Positions 45,205 through 58,017 of a stretch of DNA of 64,000 nt are shown here, piece after piece; positions within the stretch are counted from its first letter, which is position 1; each line of letters starts with the position of its first letter. The notes beneath the pieces were generated by a model. The model was not told where the DNA came from and made no database searches. It worked only from the letters and a program-made list of their open reading frames with translations. A program made the translations under genes and the position numbers. Source of the DNA: the human T2T-CHM13v2.0 reference genome, Homo sapiens; assembly GCF_009914755.1 (NCBI RefSeq), contig NC_060947.1; one strand, given 5' to 3'.

Positions 45205-45590
45205 TGAAGACTGGCTGAAAGAGTTGAGAGTATTTTGTTTAGGGAAGAGAAGCCTAGCTGTGGAGCAAGATTGGCAGAGGTTGCTGTGTTCAAATATGTG
45301 AAGGGCATGCCTGAAAATAAGGAGCAGTTATGTCTGGGTGGTAGTCCGAGGACAGAACTTGAGTGAGTAGGAGGAAGTCATAGGGGAGCAGGCTTGGTTC
45401 ATCAGCAGGAAGAACATTCTGACAAGTGGAATCCTGTGCCTGCAGAGAGAGGCAGGGAACTTCCAGGTCCATCCCAGTTCAGTTGGAAGATATATGGGGA
45501 GCACTTGGCAGGAAGGCTGGTGAGGGAAAGCTGGCAGAAGGGAAAGAGGGTGGCAACAGGTGACCTGAAAGCTTTTCTAGCCTGAGCCTG
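45205..45590 (+). mobile_element. L3/CR1 3' end
   Basis: ggctgaaagagttgagagt...gaagagaag...gctgtgttcaaatatgtgaagggc...aggaagaacattctgaca follows the L3 3' consensus order. Confidence 0.65.
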
Positions 45591-45878
45591 GTGAGGGCCT
45601 GGAATGAGAAGGGCTGACCAAGGAGGACAGGTGGCCTGCAGGCCTCTTCTGCACCTGACACTTTGGTGCCTTGGGTCAGCTCTGTCTGTCTCTTGGCTGC
45701 CCAGCTCCAGCCCTGCCTCTTCCCTGGGTGGCCAAGGGAAGCCTATGGGGTGCAGGATGGAAAACTGGAACCTCTTCCTCCCAAAGACACACGGGCTGTT
45801 ACTCCAGCAGCAGTCAAGGTCCCAAGTCCACACTGTGGCCCCTTCCCCTGCCCACCATCCTGAATCTGAGCTTTAATC
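45383..45878 (-). repeat. Outer inverted duplication, right arm
   Basis: See 15114-15610. Confidence 0.95.
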
Positions 45879-48802
45879 TTTTGAGCAGAATGGGCTCAGG
45901 CTGTCATGGGCTTTAGCTCTTGGTGTTACTGCCTCTGATTAGATCCAGGAAGCCCTGTTCACTTCATGGGGCTATTATATGGGTTCCTTGCGGTGTTCAC
46001 CATTGTTAGGAGCATGTGGATGAGGGAGGGATAGGTAAGAGGGTGAATTTCCTTCAGGTTAAGAGTCTGGGTGCCTGGCCCCATCCTGTGGCCAGCTCAG
46101 GCCATTCCGCCCAGGCATTCGTAGTTTTTCCTGGACTGTGACTATGGCCAGTCAGCAACATGCCCCCACAAGTGTAGAAAAGAGGCACCACTCCTCCTTG
46201 ACACCTTATAGCTGAGTGGTCCATGTTGGTGTCCCTAAATGGTGAGTGACAGCTGATTCCGAGCTAGCTCAAGGGTAGGGGAGAGGAGGTCTGAGACTCC
46301 TGTTACAGCCATCCAGAACCCCAGGAACAGTCTTTAACATCTGTTTGAATACTAACCTATAGGACATTGGCCTCACAGTCACATGTGAGTCACATGCAGC
46401 AGGATCATCTGTGTTCCTTGTGAGAAATACATTTTCCCAAGCCCCATCATAGGTCTAATAAACCAGAATCTCTAGAAATCTGCATTCTTTACAAGCTTCT
46501 CTAGTTGTTTCTAAAGAATACTAACCTATAGAAAACACTTCTGTGATGATTGAAGCCGAAATAGACTGTAAGAACCATCTTACTTTCGCCCTCCATCCCC
46601 TATTGTTACAGATTGGAAAGCAGAGAACACAGAGAGTAAATGACCTGTCTAAGGTCATATAGTCAATTAGTGTAGTGGTAAACCCAGAATAATGAACCAT
46701 GGTGCTGTTTCCTGACCCAGGACTACTCTCCTAACTATCAAGCCAATCCTTTGTTAGATCAAAGAGTGAAGAAAGTGTTTTGAATAAGCATTAAATGTTA
46801 CATTGCATGAAGATCATGTGTTTAGAACAGACTATGCTCATCCTAGCCTCCATGGCTTTACTAAAGTACCCTCTTCCCCTCCTTCCCTACTTTTTCTCTT
46901 TTCCACCTTCACAAATCTACCCATCTTCAAGGTCCAGCAACTCAGTCCACTTTCACCTTCCTGTGGTCTCTGAGCCTACTCATATGGCCCTTCAGTATAT
47001 TTTGTAATGGAGCCAAAGCGTTTATTTTCTGTTCCCAATTAGGTAGCAAGGACTAGATTTCAACCTCTTTTTATCTGCTATAGTCCCCTTCTCCTGAGGC
47101 TAGGCCCCAATTAGGGGCTCAGAATATCCATATTAAAATCCAGTTGTTGAGCAACAGATTCAGTACAAGCCAGCCAAACAGCTAGCCACGTAGCTCTAGC
47201 GATATATTTTTGTTGTAATCATATTAAAATTCTACAAGATGTATAGCACAGCTCTCACACCTAGTCTGAGGTCTCCTAGGCTTTCCAAACTGCACTAAGT
47301 CCTCGCTCAGCAGCCCTTTTGCTGTTAAACAGTCAGTGGAGTGTTTGCATGGCCATCCCTATGCTAGTCACTGTGGGTATTACAAAACAAAAAGAAAATA
47401 CTGCAAGTTGTGCTCCAGCTTCCACATGGGGAGAATGGCTGCATCCTGCACTCACTGTTATCTCTGGTTCCAGTCCAGGCATTGTATGTTCTTATACTCC
47501 AGCCTCCTTTGGATCAGTTTCTTGTTCTGGCCTGTCCATAAATCTCTCCCTCCCTTCCTTCTCTGCCTCCTTTGTACCATCTGTCTCAAACCCCAGTCAG
47601 CAGCTGCTAGCAGTAAGGGGCTCTGAGAACCCAAGTGGGGATTTTCCAGACACTTCACATTTTCCTCACTGTTAAAAAATGTGTTTTGCTTGCTTAAAGT
47701 GACTGGATTCCTCTTGCCCTCAGTGAGGCTGGGTGAATGAGACTCTTGTCCTAAGAAGATCAAAGAGAGTCTACAGCCTAAACAAAATTTAGCTGTCATT
47801 GTCTCTGGAAATCCTAGCATGTATGAACTGTAATCTCCTCAGGTACCGCCTACATACTAGCCCAAGATGTTAGAGCAATGTGTGGTTATTTTCCTCCCTA
47901 CTCCCTTCCTTCTTGAGAACCAGAGTTGCTGGACTGCTGCTTGACTCCTTATCCTCCTCCCCACTGCTCTCTCTCTCGCTCATGGTGTCCAACTCATTTG
48001 CTCTGTGCCTTGGTCATTCCCCTTTCTCAGTGGAGACCTAAGGTGCGTAGGGCGGAGCCTTTTCCTAAGGCTTCACAGATCCTCTCTCCTTGCCATGTTG
48101 CTTGATATAGTCTGTTCCTTTTTGTTCCCAGGCACTCTTCCCACCAAGTCCTAACCACCTCCTGGCCTTTTAAAGGGGCAAATGCCAGACAACCATAGTC
48201 TACATGAGGGACAGTGTCTACATATATAACACCGTGCTCACACATACTCTAGAAGTTGTGGGCCTCTTAGCACGGGCAATGCCATCCCTACTGGCTTTCT
48301 CCAGACTTTTGGGAGTTTGCCTCTCATTTGTGAGTGTGAAGCTAAGCTACACTGAACCAATGTTTCAGGACCTGAACAAATGTTTTGGGACAGTTACTAA
48401 GTTTAGCTTTAGCATCTACACTGTGCTGTTCACATGACAGGGCATTTCCACAACCGTTGTCTCATTGAATCCTCACAACAGCCTGGTGAGATAAATATTC
48501 TTATCCTGATTTTTATTTGTGAGCATGCTAAAGCACAATAATATCATTAATGACTAACATTCGTGAAGCGCTTGCTATGTACCAGACAGTGTTCTAAGCA
48601 CTATGTATATATTAACTCATATTTTCCTCACAACAAACCCATTATCTGGTTATTACAATTAGCTTAATTTTTCAGAATAGGAAGCTGAAGCCCAGAAAGG
48701 TTAAGAGTCCGGCTCAGGGTCACACAGCTAGTAAGTGGTAGAGCCTTATTTTGAACATAGGCAGCCTGATTCCTATGTAAATCTAAATATGTAAACACTA
48801 TG

Positions 48803-49437
<635 letters not shown>

Positions 49438-50918
49438 AACACTATGCTACTTGGACATGGAAAGGTTGAAAGGTTAACTCACACACTCAAAGCCACAGGA
49501 ATCATTCGATGATAGATTCCAAGCTGTACAGTAGGCTTTCTGATCCCAAGTTCTGTACTCTTTTCACTATACATTCATGTTTTCACTCATCCAATAAACA
49601 TTTATTAAGCACTACTATGTGCCAAGGTTTGTACTATGCACTGGGCATAAAATTGTTGCTCAAAAGGAGCTCAAAGTCTAAAGAGAGAGATAGACAAGAA
49701 AACAAAAAGCAAACCATGGCATGATGACTGAGAGCATGGCTTTCATCTTCAATGTATCTGAGTTCAAATCAGAACACTACTATATTTTGCCAGTAATATA
49801 TTAACCTTTATAGTCTCATCCACAGAATGGAAATCATAATATCAGTTCATTCCTAATAGGATTGTCATAGTGAAGACTGGATGAATTAATATATGCAATA
49901 AACTTAGGAAGGTACCCAGCATATAGACACTATAATAATAATTATTATTATAGGTTTCTCTGTTTTATGATAGAGTGCGAATGGCTAAGAGAAGGTCCTA
50001 AGCCAGTGTTTGAAGAAGAGACAGAAGTTGCCTGGATGGAGGATGCAGAAGAGGGAGGCAGGGGCTAGAGCAGGAAGAGCTTTGAAAAGCATGTACAATG
50101 CCAAGCTAAGAAGCAGAATGGGCTTGGGTCAGTTGAATAGCACCTACATTTCTGCTACTTTCAAGGAAGAGCAGGCTGATGACCAACCTGTGTAAGTGGT
50201 CTGGTGACCCTAGCATGCAACAAACATTTTTTCCTTAACTCAGGTTCAGATTGAATCGCTGTGAGTGGCCATATGAACTGCTGGTCTGTCTCTGAAAGAG
50301 GCTCAACCCTCCCTTAGCTGTCAGCAGCCTTGTACTCCACCTGGCAACAGCTGGGAAGAATGAGCCTATTGGATAATGGCTTTTGGAGCTGACTTGTACG
50401 TGGGGATTTGGAAGAGAGGTGGATGGAGACAAAGAGGGTGAGGCATTGCACTGAGCCATTGGATAGTGTGTGGCCAAAAGAGCCAGGCACCTTCAGGATC
50501 TGCTAGGATGACTTTCAAACAGCTTGCGATGATTCAATCTGCCCCCCAGGGATTTTTTTTTATAAAAGTATATTTTACAACTTGGGCCAGACAAACCAGT
50601 GTCAGTTTTATGGCCACTATAGTTTTTGGTTATTTATTCCCCATCTTCTCTTTGTTTTTTCCAGGTGACCTGCTTTAACTGCTAGACCCTGGAGAGTCTA
50701 AAAAGAAAAGTAATAATTATTCCTTATATTGGTACAATGCTTTATGATTTACAAAGAAACCCCACATTCATTGGATTTTACAGTACTTCTAGAAGGGAGG
50801 CAGGACAAGCAATTACATGGTCATCATTTCCTATGTTACAGATGAGCAAATCAAGGCAAAGAGAGGGGAAAGCACATGTCCAGAGTTATACTTCCAGGGA
50901 GCGGTGGAGCTAGGACTC

Positions 50919-51410
50919 TGTATTAATTTTCTATGCTGTATATAATAAATTACCACAAATTTAGCAGCTTAAACCATTACATATTTATTATTTCAGAGTT
51001 TCTTTGCTCAGAAGTCTGGGCATGGCTTAGCTAAGTCCTCTGCTTAGAGCCTTACAAAGTCACAACCAAGGCATTGGCCAGGTTTGGGGGCTCATCTGGA
51101 GGCTTGATTAAGGAACAATCTGTGTCTCCATTGTGTGGTTGTTGGCAGCATTCAGTTCCTTGTTGCTGCAGGATTCCTGGCAGCTCACTTCTTGAAAGCC
51201 ACCAAGGGGTAGAGAGTGAGTCTGCTAGCAAGAGTGTATCTTATAAAACAGAATATAATCATAGAAGTGATATCCCATTATCTTTGTCATATTCTATTGG
51301 TTTGAAACAGGACACAGGTTCCATCCATATTCAAGGGAAAAGGCTTACACATGGGCAGGAACACCAGGAGATGGAGACTGTGATTGCCACCTTAAAGTCT
51401 GTTTGCCATA
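50919..51410 (-). mobile_element. MLT1 (E/F-like) solo LTR inside a MIR
   Basis: tgtattaattttctatgctg...aattaccacaaatttagcagctta; TSD GACTC at 50914-50918 and 51411-51415. Confidence 0.8.
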
Positions 51411-52509
51411 GACTCCAACCCAGCTTTGTCTGACGCCAGATCAAGCGGTCTTTCCACTGGATCACACTGTTGCCATTAAGGATGTGTGACATACATTATC
51501 ACCACTCTCAAATATACATACACTCATTCAAAGATACATTTGCCAAGCACAGAGTGGAGTACCTCTAAGAAGCCTGCTCTTCCCCTTAAACCTGTGTCCT
51601 GGGTTACACAGCCTAGAATCCTAACTGACTAACTTATGAATACACCCAGACTCTCTTAACTCAGAAAAAAATTTTATCACTTCTAAAGATGGAATGTTGT
51701 TTTGGGACAATTTCGTGCAAACCCTGAGCTTGTTATCTTCAAAAAAGAACGCGTGTCTTTCTCATTTAGGAGACTTAAACTCTTATCCCGACAACTTCCA
51801 AATTACTTACAAAGGCAAAGGAAGTCGTGCTGTGTTTTGCTTCTTTAGCTTTTGTGGCTAAGTCTCATTATTTTGATCCTATTAATGACTGTCAGAGAAG
51901 ATATGGCCCCGGAGGAAAGGGGTTAAAGAGAATTCTTTAAATCTCTCAGCCAAGGCCAGAAAGCTCTCTGAGGATAGCTTCTGAGTTTAGGCATGCCTGC
52001 AAAGAAGCCCGGCAGCTCTCTCCAGATGCCTGCTCTTCACTGACAATAGGGGCTACCTTAACTATTCATTTCGTCATTCATTCAGTCAGTCAGCAAGTAT
52101 TTATTGAGCACTTCTTTGTGCAAGGCAGCATTCTAGGTACTAGCCATACTGAGACCACCATCCTCATAAGCAAGAAGCTGACAGTGGAGTGAAGACTCAG
52201 ACAAGAAAGCGATTACAAGGCTATAGAATTGCTTTAATGCAGGTATGCTCTGAGCCTATGGTATTCTGTCTGATGGGGTTAGGAAAGATATGTGCTTGCT
52301 CCAGATTGCAAACCCAAAGCCTTCAGGACCAGGCCAATGAATCAAACAGGTGGATGCAGGGAGTGGTAGAGTTTGCACCAAACTGGAGGGCACTGTAATA
52401 AAAAAAAAATTAAACACCATGTGGTCCTAATAAAACATGCCCTGGAAGCTGCCAATTTATGACCCAAGCTTAGACAAAGGAGGTAGTGTTTATGCTGAGA
52501 TTTAAATGA

Positions 52510-52760
52510 TAATAGCAAACACTTACATAGAGGTTACTCCGTACCAGGTACTCTTGTAAACAATTAAATGTATTAACTCATTTAATCTCCATAACAAGCC
52601 TATTAGGTAGGTACATTAATTAGCCTTGTTTTATAGATGAGGAAATAGAGGCCTAGAGAAGTTCGACAACTTGCCTGACATCACACAGCTAATGACCGCA
52701 GCTGGAATTCAAACTCAGACAGCCTGGGTTCACAGCCCATGTGGCAGACTACCATGTCCT
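52510..52760 (-). mobile_element. MIR SINE
   Basis: ttttatagatgaggaaatagaggcctagagaag...cttgcctgacatcacacagcta. Confidence 0.8.
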
Positions 52761-52887
52761 CAGCCTCTGCTAAAAAAATGACTAAGCGTTTGAAAGGCAG
52801 CCAGATAGCGAGAGAACATGTCACGCAGAGGAAGCAGCATCTACAAAGGCGGAGGCCTAAAGAGTCTGAGGGATTCCAGGGTCCTTA

Positions 52888-53412
<525 letters not shown>

Positions 53413-54243
53413 TTACAAAGCATCATGCTAAGGAGATAGATCTAGGCACATAGTATTTTTTTTTGGAGGGGTGGTCCAGAGAAGGGGCATCAAACTCAGC
53501 ATGAGGGAATCTGGAAACATGTCCCAAAAAAGTGATTGAATTGACCTAAGCCTTAAAGGATAAGTAGAGGTTGGCTAGGCAAAGGAGACACGAAAGGGCA
53601 TTGCAAAGAGAGGGAACAGAGTATGGAAAGGCATTTCTGAACTCATGGTAATAATGGTTGTCCTTCTTGTCTCAAGTTTTCCCCTTCTTTCTATTCTCTC
53701 ACCTATTCACATGTCACAATGGGAGATAGAAAGCCAGAGAAGAATCAGACCCAGAGTTGCTCCATAGGATGCTTATGTTCTGGCATACCTAGCAGAGGAA
53801 AGGGGGTAAAGGGATAAATTTGGGATTAGAATAACTGAATTTGGGCTCAAGCACTTTATGCACATTAACTCCATTTAACTCTAAGGCTCGAAGGACTGAT
53901 ATGTGAGGGAATCATCACATCAACCTTGCAAACTTTTCCTTTTGATCCTTTATCCCTATTTTATAAATGAGGAAATCGAAGGTCAGAGAGGTGATGTCAC
54001 CTGCTTGAAGTAACTCTGTTAGTAAGTGGCATGATTTGGGCTTTGAACCCAGGAAAGTCTGGCTCCAAAACCTGTGTTCCCGTGTTCTCAGCTTCCGAGG
54101 ACCTTCTCTCCCCTGAAAGCATGAAGTCTTTTAGTAACAATAGCTAAAAATCACTTATTGCAAGCTCAGTCTATAATTTCAAACTGCTTCCCTCAACATG
54201 TCAGTCCTTTGAGCCTTAGATTTATCAGCTGTAAAAGAAGACT

Positions 54244-54671
54244 GTGGTAGAAAATACTACTGTTCACCAATATTCAGTTCCTTTCTACTTTCAGTAATAT
54301 AGGGGTGCTATACCTCTTTTCTTCCTTGAAGCTAGATATGGCCATATGGCTTGCTCTGATCAATGAAATATGAGTAGAAGTGACATGTGTCACTTTAGGG
54401 TGGAAGCATTTAAGAGATCATGTGATTCTCTGTCTTCTCTTAACGCTACTACTAGATAACATTCCGAATGATAGTACCTCCACTGGCCTGGGTTTCTGTG
54501 TAAAAATGACATGTACCAGAGTCCTCCACTGGCTAGCAATGGACATGAATGAATATATTACACACACATGCACACACACACACATACACAAAAGCTTTCA
54601 TTGGTTTAAGCCACTAAAATTCTGGAGTTGTTTGTCATCTCAGCATAACCTATTATATCCTAACCAATATA
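54244..54671 (+). mobile_element. Old MaLR solo LTR (MLT1I/J-like)
   Basis: tgtggtag...ggccatatggcttgctctgatcaatgaaatatgagtagaagtgacatgtgtcactt...tttaagccactaaaattctggagttgtttgt. Confidence 0.75.
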
Positions 54672-55606
54672 GAGGTTAATGGTCTCTATCTCACAGATTT
54701 GTCGTAAGGATCAATGGAATAATGGAAGTAGAGGTGCTTTATAGATTCTGAGGCTGTGTGCACTTGCCAAGTGGTATGTCTGAGTTCAGGTCCTATTGAA
54801 CTGTGCTCTAATGGAATATCACTGTACAAATAAGATATTTTTAGACACTTGTATCTTTTTATATTATGGGCAGATATTTACTTGTCTGCATAGCATTCTT
54901 GTGTAGGAGGCTTCCCTTTTATAGATAGGAGGGAACCAATTCTGAAAACTGAAATTCATTTCCCAGAGACTATGGGTAGCTGATACAACCAGCCATCCTG
55001 ATCAAAATGGTTACTACTGGTTCCAATTTTTTTCCATCTAGGCTCAAAGAAGCAATTTAGGGAGACCCTGCCCTGATCCTCTCAAGTAGCAACTCTGGAT
55101 TCTACTCCTAGAACAGAGGAAAAGCTGCTGATCCTAGGCCTGATAGTTCCAAGCTAATAACCCTGACAGAAACTGACTTGCAAAAAAAAAAAAAACATTG
55201 GCCTGAAAGGGCTAGTAATGACATTTGTCATGTGGGGTGGTTTAGATGGTCTATGACCATGGGAAAAAGCCAATTCCCCCCCAGGCCTAATAATCTCACT
55301 CCTTAATCTAGCAAACTCACTCCTGAAATTCAATTCTAAAGTAAAAATTTAATAGAAAAAAGGCTATATCTATGGATATTTTTATGATAGTAAAAATACA
55401 GAAAAACACTTAAAACTAAACAACAGGGTAAAGGCTATACAAAATTAAAAGGATACTTACAAAAACGGTGCAGAAACATGGAAATATATGTCAGAGGTGA
55501 GAAAACTGATGCAGAGGAAAGCCAAATCAATAATGTGAGTTCACCTGCTCAACAAATGGTAAAGCTGGGACTTGAACCGAAGCAATGCAGCATCAGGGTT
55601 TGTGGG

Positions 55607-55786
55607 TGCCTTATTCTGCTCGGGCTGTCACAATAATATACCATAGACTGGGTGGCTTAAACAACAGAAATTAATTTTCTCACAGTTCTGGAAGCTGCAA
55701 AGTCCAAGACTGAAATTCTTCCTGGCTTACAGATGGCTGCCTACTTGCTATGTCCTCACATAGTGGGAGGTGAGGGTGTGTGTGTG

Positions 55787-55826
<40 letters not shown>

Positions 55827-55996
55827 AGAAATAGAGATCTTTAGTGTCTCTTCCTCTTTTATAGTAATGCAAGTTCTTACATCAGTGTTCCACCCTGATG
55901 ACCTCATTTAACCTTAATCACCTCCTTAAAGGCAATATGTGGGGTGTTAGGGCTTCAACATATAAATTTTGGGGAGACACAATTCAGTTCATAGCA
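55607..55996 (-). mobile_element. MaLR LTR (MLT1A-type), 3' LTR of the composite element
   Basis: ataccatagactgggtggcttaaacaacagaaattaattttctcacagttctggaagctg...gggcttcaacatataaattttgggg...ttcagttcatagca. Confidence 0.85.
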
Positions 55997-57288
55997 TTCT
56001 ATCTCTGGGCCTCTGAAATTCATGTCCTTATAGCAGGCAAAATACCTTCATATCATCCCAACAGCCCTAAAACTCTTAATTAATTTTAGTATCAACTCTA
56101 AATTCTGAAGACCCAAGTTTCATCTAAATATCACCTAAATCAGAGATGGGTGAGAAATGAGGTATGATTGATCCTGAGGCAAAATTCCTCTCCAGCTGTG
56201 AACCTGTGAAACCAGACAAGTCATGTGCTTCCAAAATACAATGATGAGACAGGCATAAGATAAAAATAAGTAGGAAAGAAGGAAGGGGTGCAGGGTCCCA
56301 ATCAAATCCAAAGCCTAGCAGGACAAGTTTTATTAGATCTTAAGGTTCAAAAATAATCCTCTTTGGCTTGATATCCACCTTTCAGACCCAATGAGGCAGT
56401 GGCTTCACCCCCATGTCCCTGTTTAGAAGCTGTTTAGTTTCAGTTGAAACTGAGGCAATGGCACCACCCTTTGAAACCAAGGAGGCAGACATGATGATCT
56501 CTGAATCACCTTTGGGGTGAGTCATTCTTCCCTTTTCTTGAAGAATAGTGCATGTTCGCAGGTGAATGACTCTATGGTCTGGTCTTGTAGGACCTAAGAA
56601 ATCCAACAGCCTTCCTCATTTAGTCTCATTTTTTTTCTGTCTTCTTTAGTTCCTGTTGGTATGTTTCTCCCAGTATAATCCCATCTCTATTCCTGGCTTC
56701 TGCTGAGATAGTTGGTTAAATCCATGTGTTGCACCCATAATCTCTTCATCAAATGATTATTCAGCCACACCCTTAGTGTTCTCTTCAGAAACAGCTTTCT
56801 CATTTTTTATAATATGGAAAAATTGAAAATTTTCCAATTCTCCAAGTTATTTAGAATTGGATAATGGGTAGAGTGTTAGGCAAAAGGTGACTTTTTGCCT
56901 AACAATTCCTTCTTCAATTCATCTCTCTCCTCTCACATTTTGCTATAAGCAGTAAGGAGGATCCAGGCTTCACCTTCAACACTTTGCTTAGAAATCTTCT
57001 CTGCTAAATATCCATTTTCATCATTCACAAGTTCTACTTTACACAAAACACTAGAACACAATGAAGCCACATTCCTTGCCATTTTATAACAAAGATTGCT
57101 TTTCTTCCAGCCTCCAATAACCTATTCCTAATTTCCACCCAGGACCTCACCAGAATTGCCTTTAACATCCATTTTTCTAGCATGCACCTCAAAACTCTTC
57201 CAGCCGCTACCCATTATCCAGTTCCAAAGCTACTTCCACATTTTTAGATATTTGTTACAGCAGCACCCTACTTCTTGGTACCAAAATT
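55997..57288 (-). mobile_element. MaLR internal region (MLT-int)
   Basis: aaattcatgtcctt...tcctgaggcaaaattcctctccagctgtgaacctgtgaaacc...cccattatccagttccaaagctacttccacatttttag...cttcttggtaccaaaatt, typical of MLT/MST-int. Confidence 0.8.
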
Positions 57289-57329
57289 TGTATTAGAGTT
57301 CTCTAGAGAAACAGAACCAACAGGAATGC

Positions 57330-57365
<36 letters not shown>

Positions 57366-58017
57366 GTATATATATATGTATATATATACGTATATATATA
57401 TGTATATATATGTATATATATATGTGTATATATGTATATATATGTATATATATATGTATATATATGTGTATATATATATATACACGTATATATATGTGTA
57501 TATATACACGCATATATATATATGCATATATATATATGCATATATACATTTGGCTCCTGTGATTATGGAGGCTGAGACATCCCAAGCTCTGCAGTTGGCA
57601 AGCTACAGACCCAGGAGAGCCAATGGTATAGTTCTAGTCCAAGTCCAAAGACCTAAGAACCAGGAGAGCCAATGGTGTAAGTTCCAATCTGAGAATTGGC
57701 AGGTTCAAGATCCAGGAAGTGCAGATGTTTCAGTGTTTGGGTCATAAGGCAGAATGAGGAGATGTCCCTGTTCAAGAAGGAAGGCAGGAGGAGTTCCGTC
57801 TTACTTGTAGGAAGGTCAGCTTTTCTGTTCTATTCAGTCCTTTAATTTATGGGATGAAGTCCACCAACATTAGGGAGAGCAATCTGCTCTACTCAGTCTA
57901 TTAACTTAAATGTTGATCTAACCAAGAAACATCCTCATAGACACAATCAGAATGTTTGACCAAATGTATGGGCACTGTGTGGCCCATTCAAGTTGACACA
58001 TAAAAGTAACCATCATA
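57289..58017 (-). mobile_element. ERVL LTR (MLT2B-type), in the 5' LTR position of the composite element
   Basis: tgtattagagttctctagagaaacagaaccaacagga...(TA)n...gattatggaggctgag...caagttgacacataaaagtaaccatcata. Confidence 0.85.
57329..57548. repeat. Compound (TA)n/(TATG)n microsatellite
   Basis: About 220 bp of alternating purine-pyrimidine sequence. Confidence 0.95.

Noticed and set aside
45402-45833. 143-aa ORF with a paralogous 105-aa ORF at 15202-15519, suggesting a duplicated gene
   Set aside because: Similarity follows from the DNA duplication. There is a frameshift between copies near 15222, partial overlap with L3, and no recognisable domain.
57268-57747. Cluster of 74-127 aa ORFs rich in Y/I/M
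   Set aside because: Translations of a TA/TG microsatellite.
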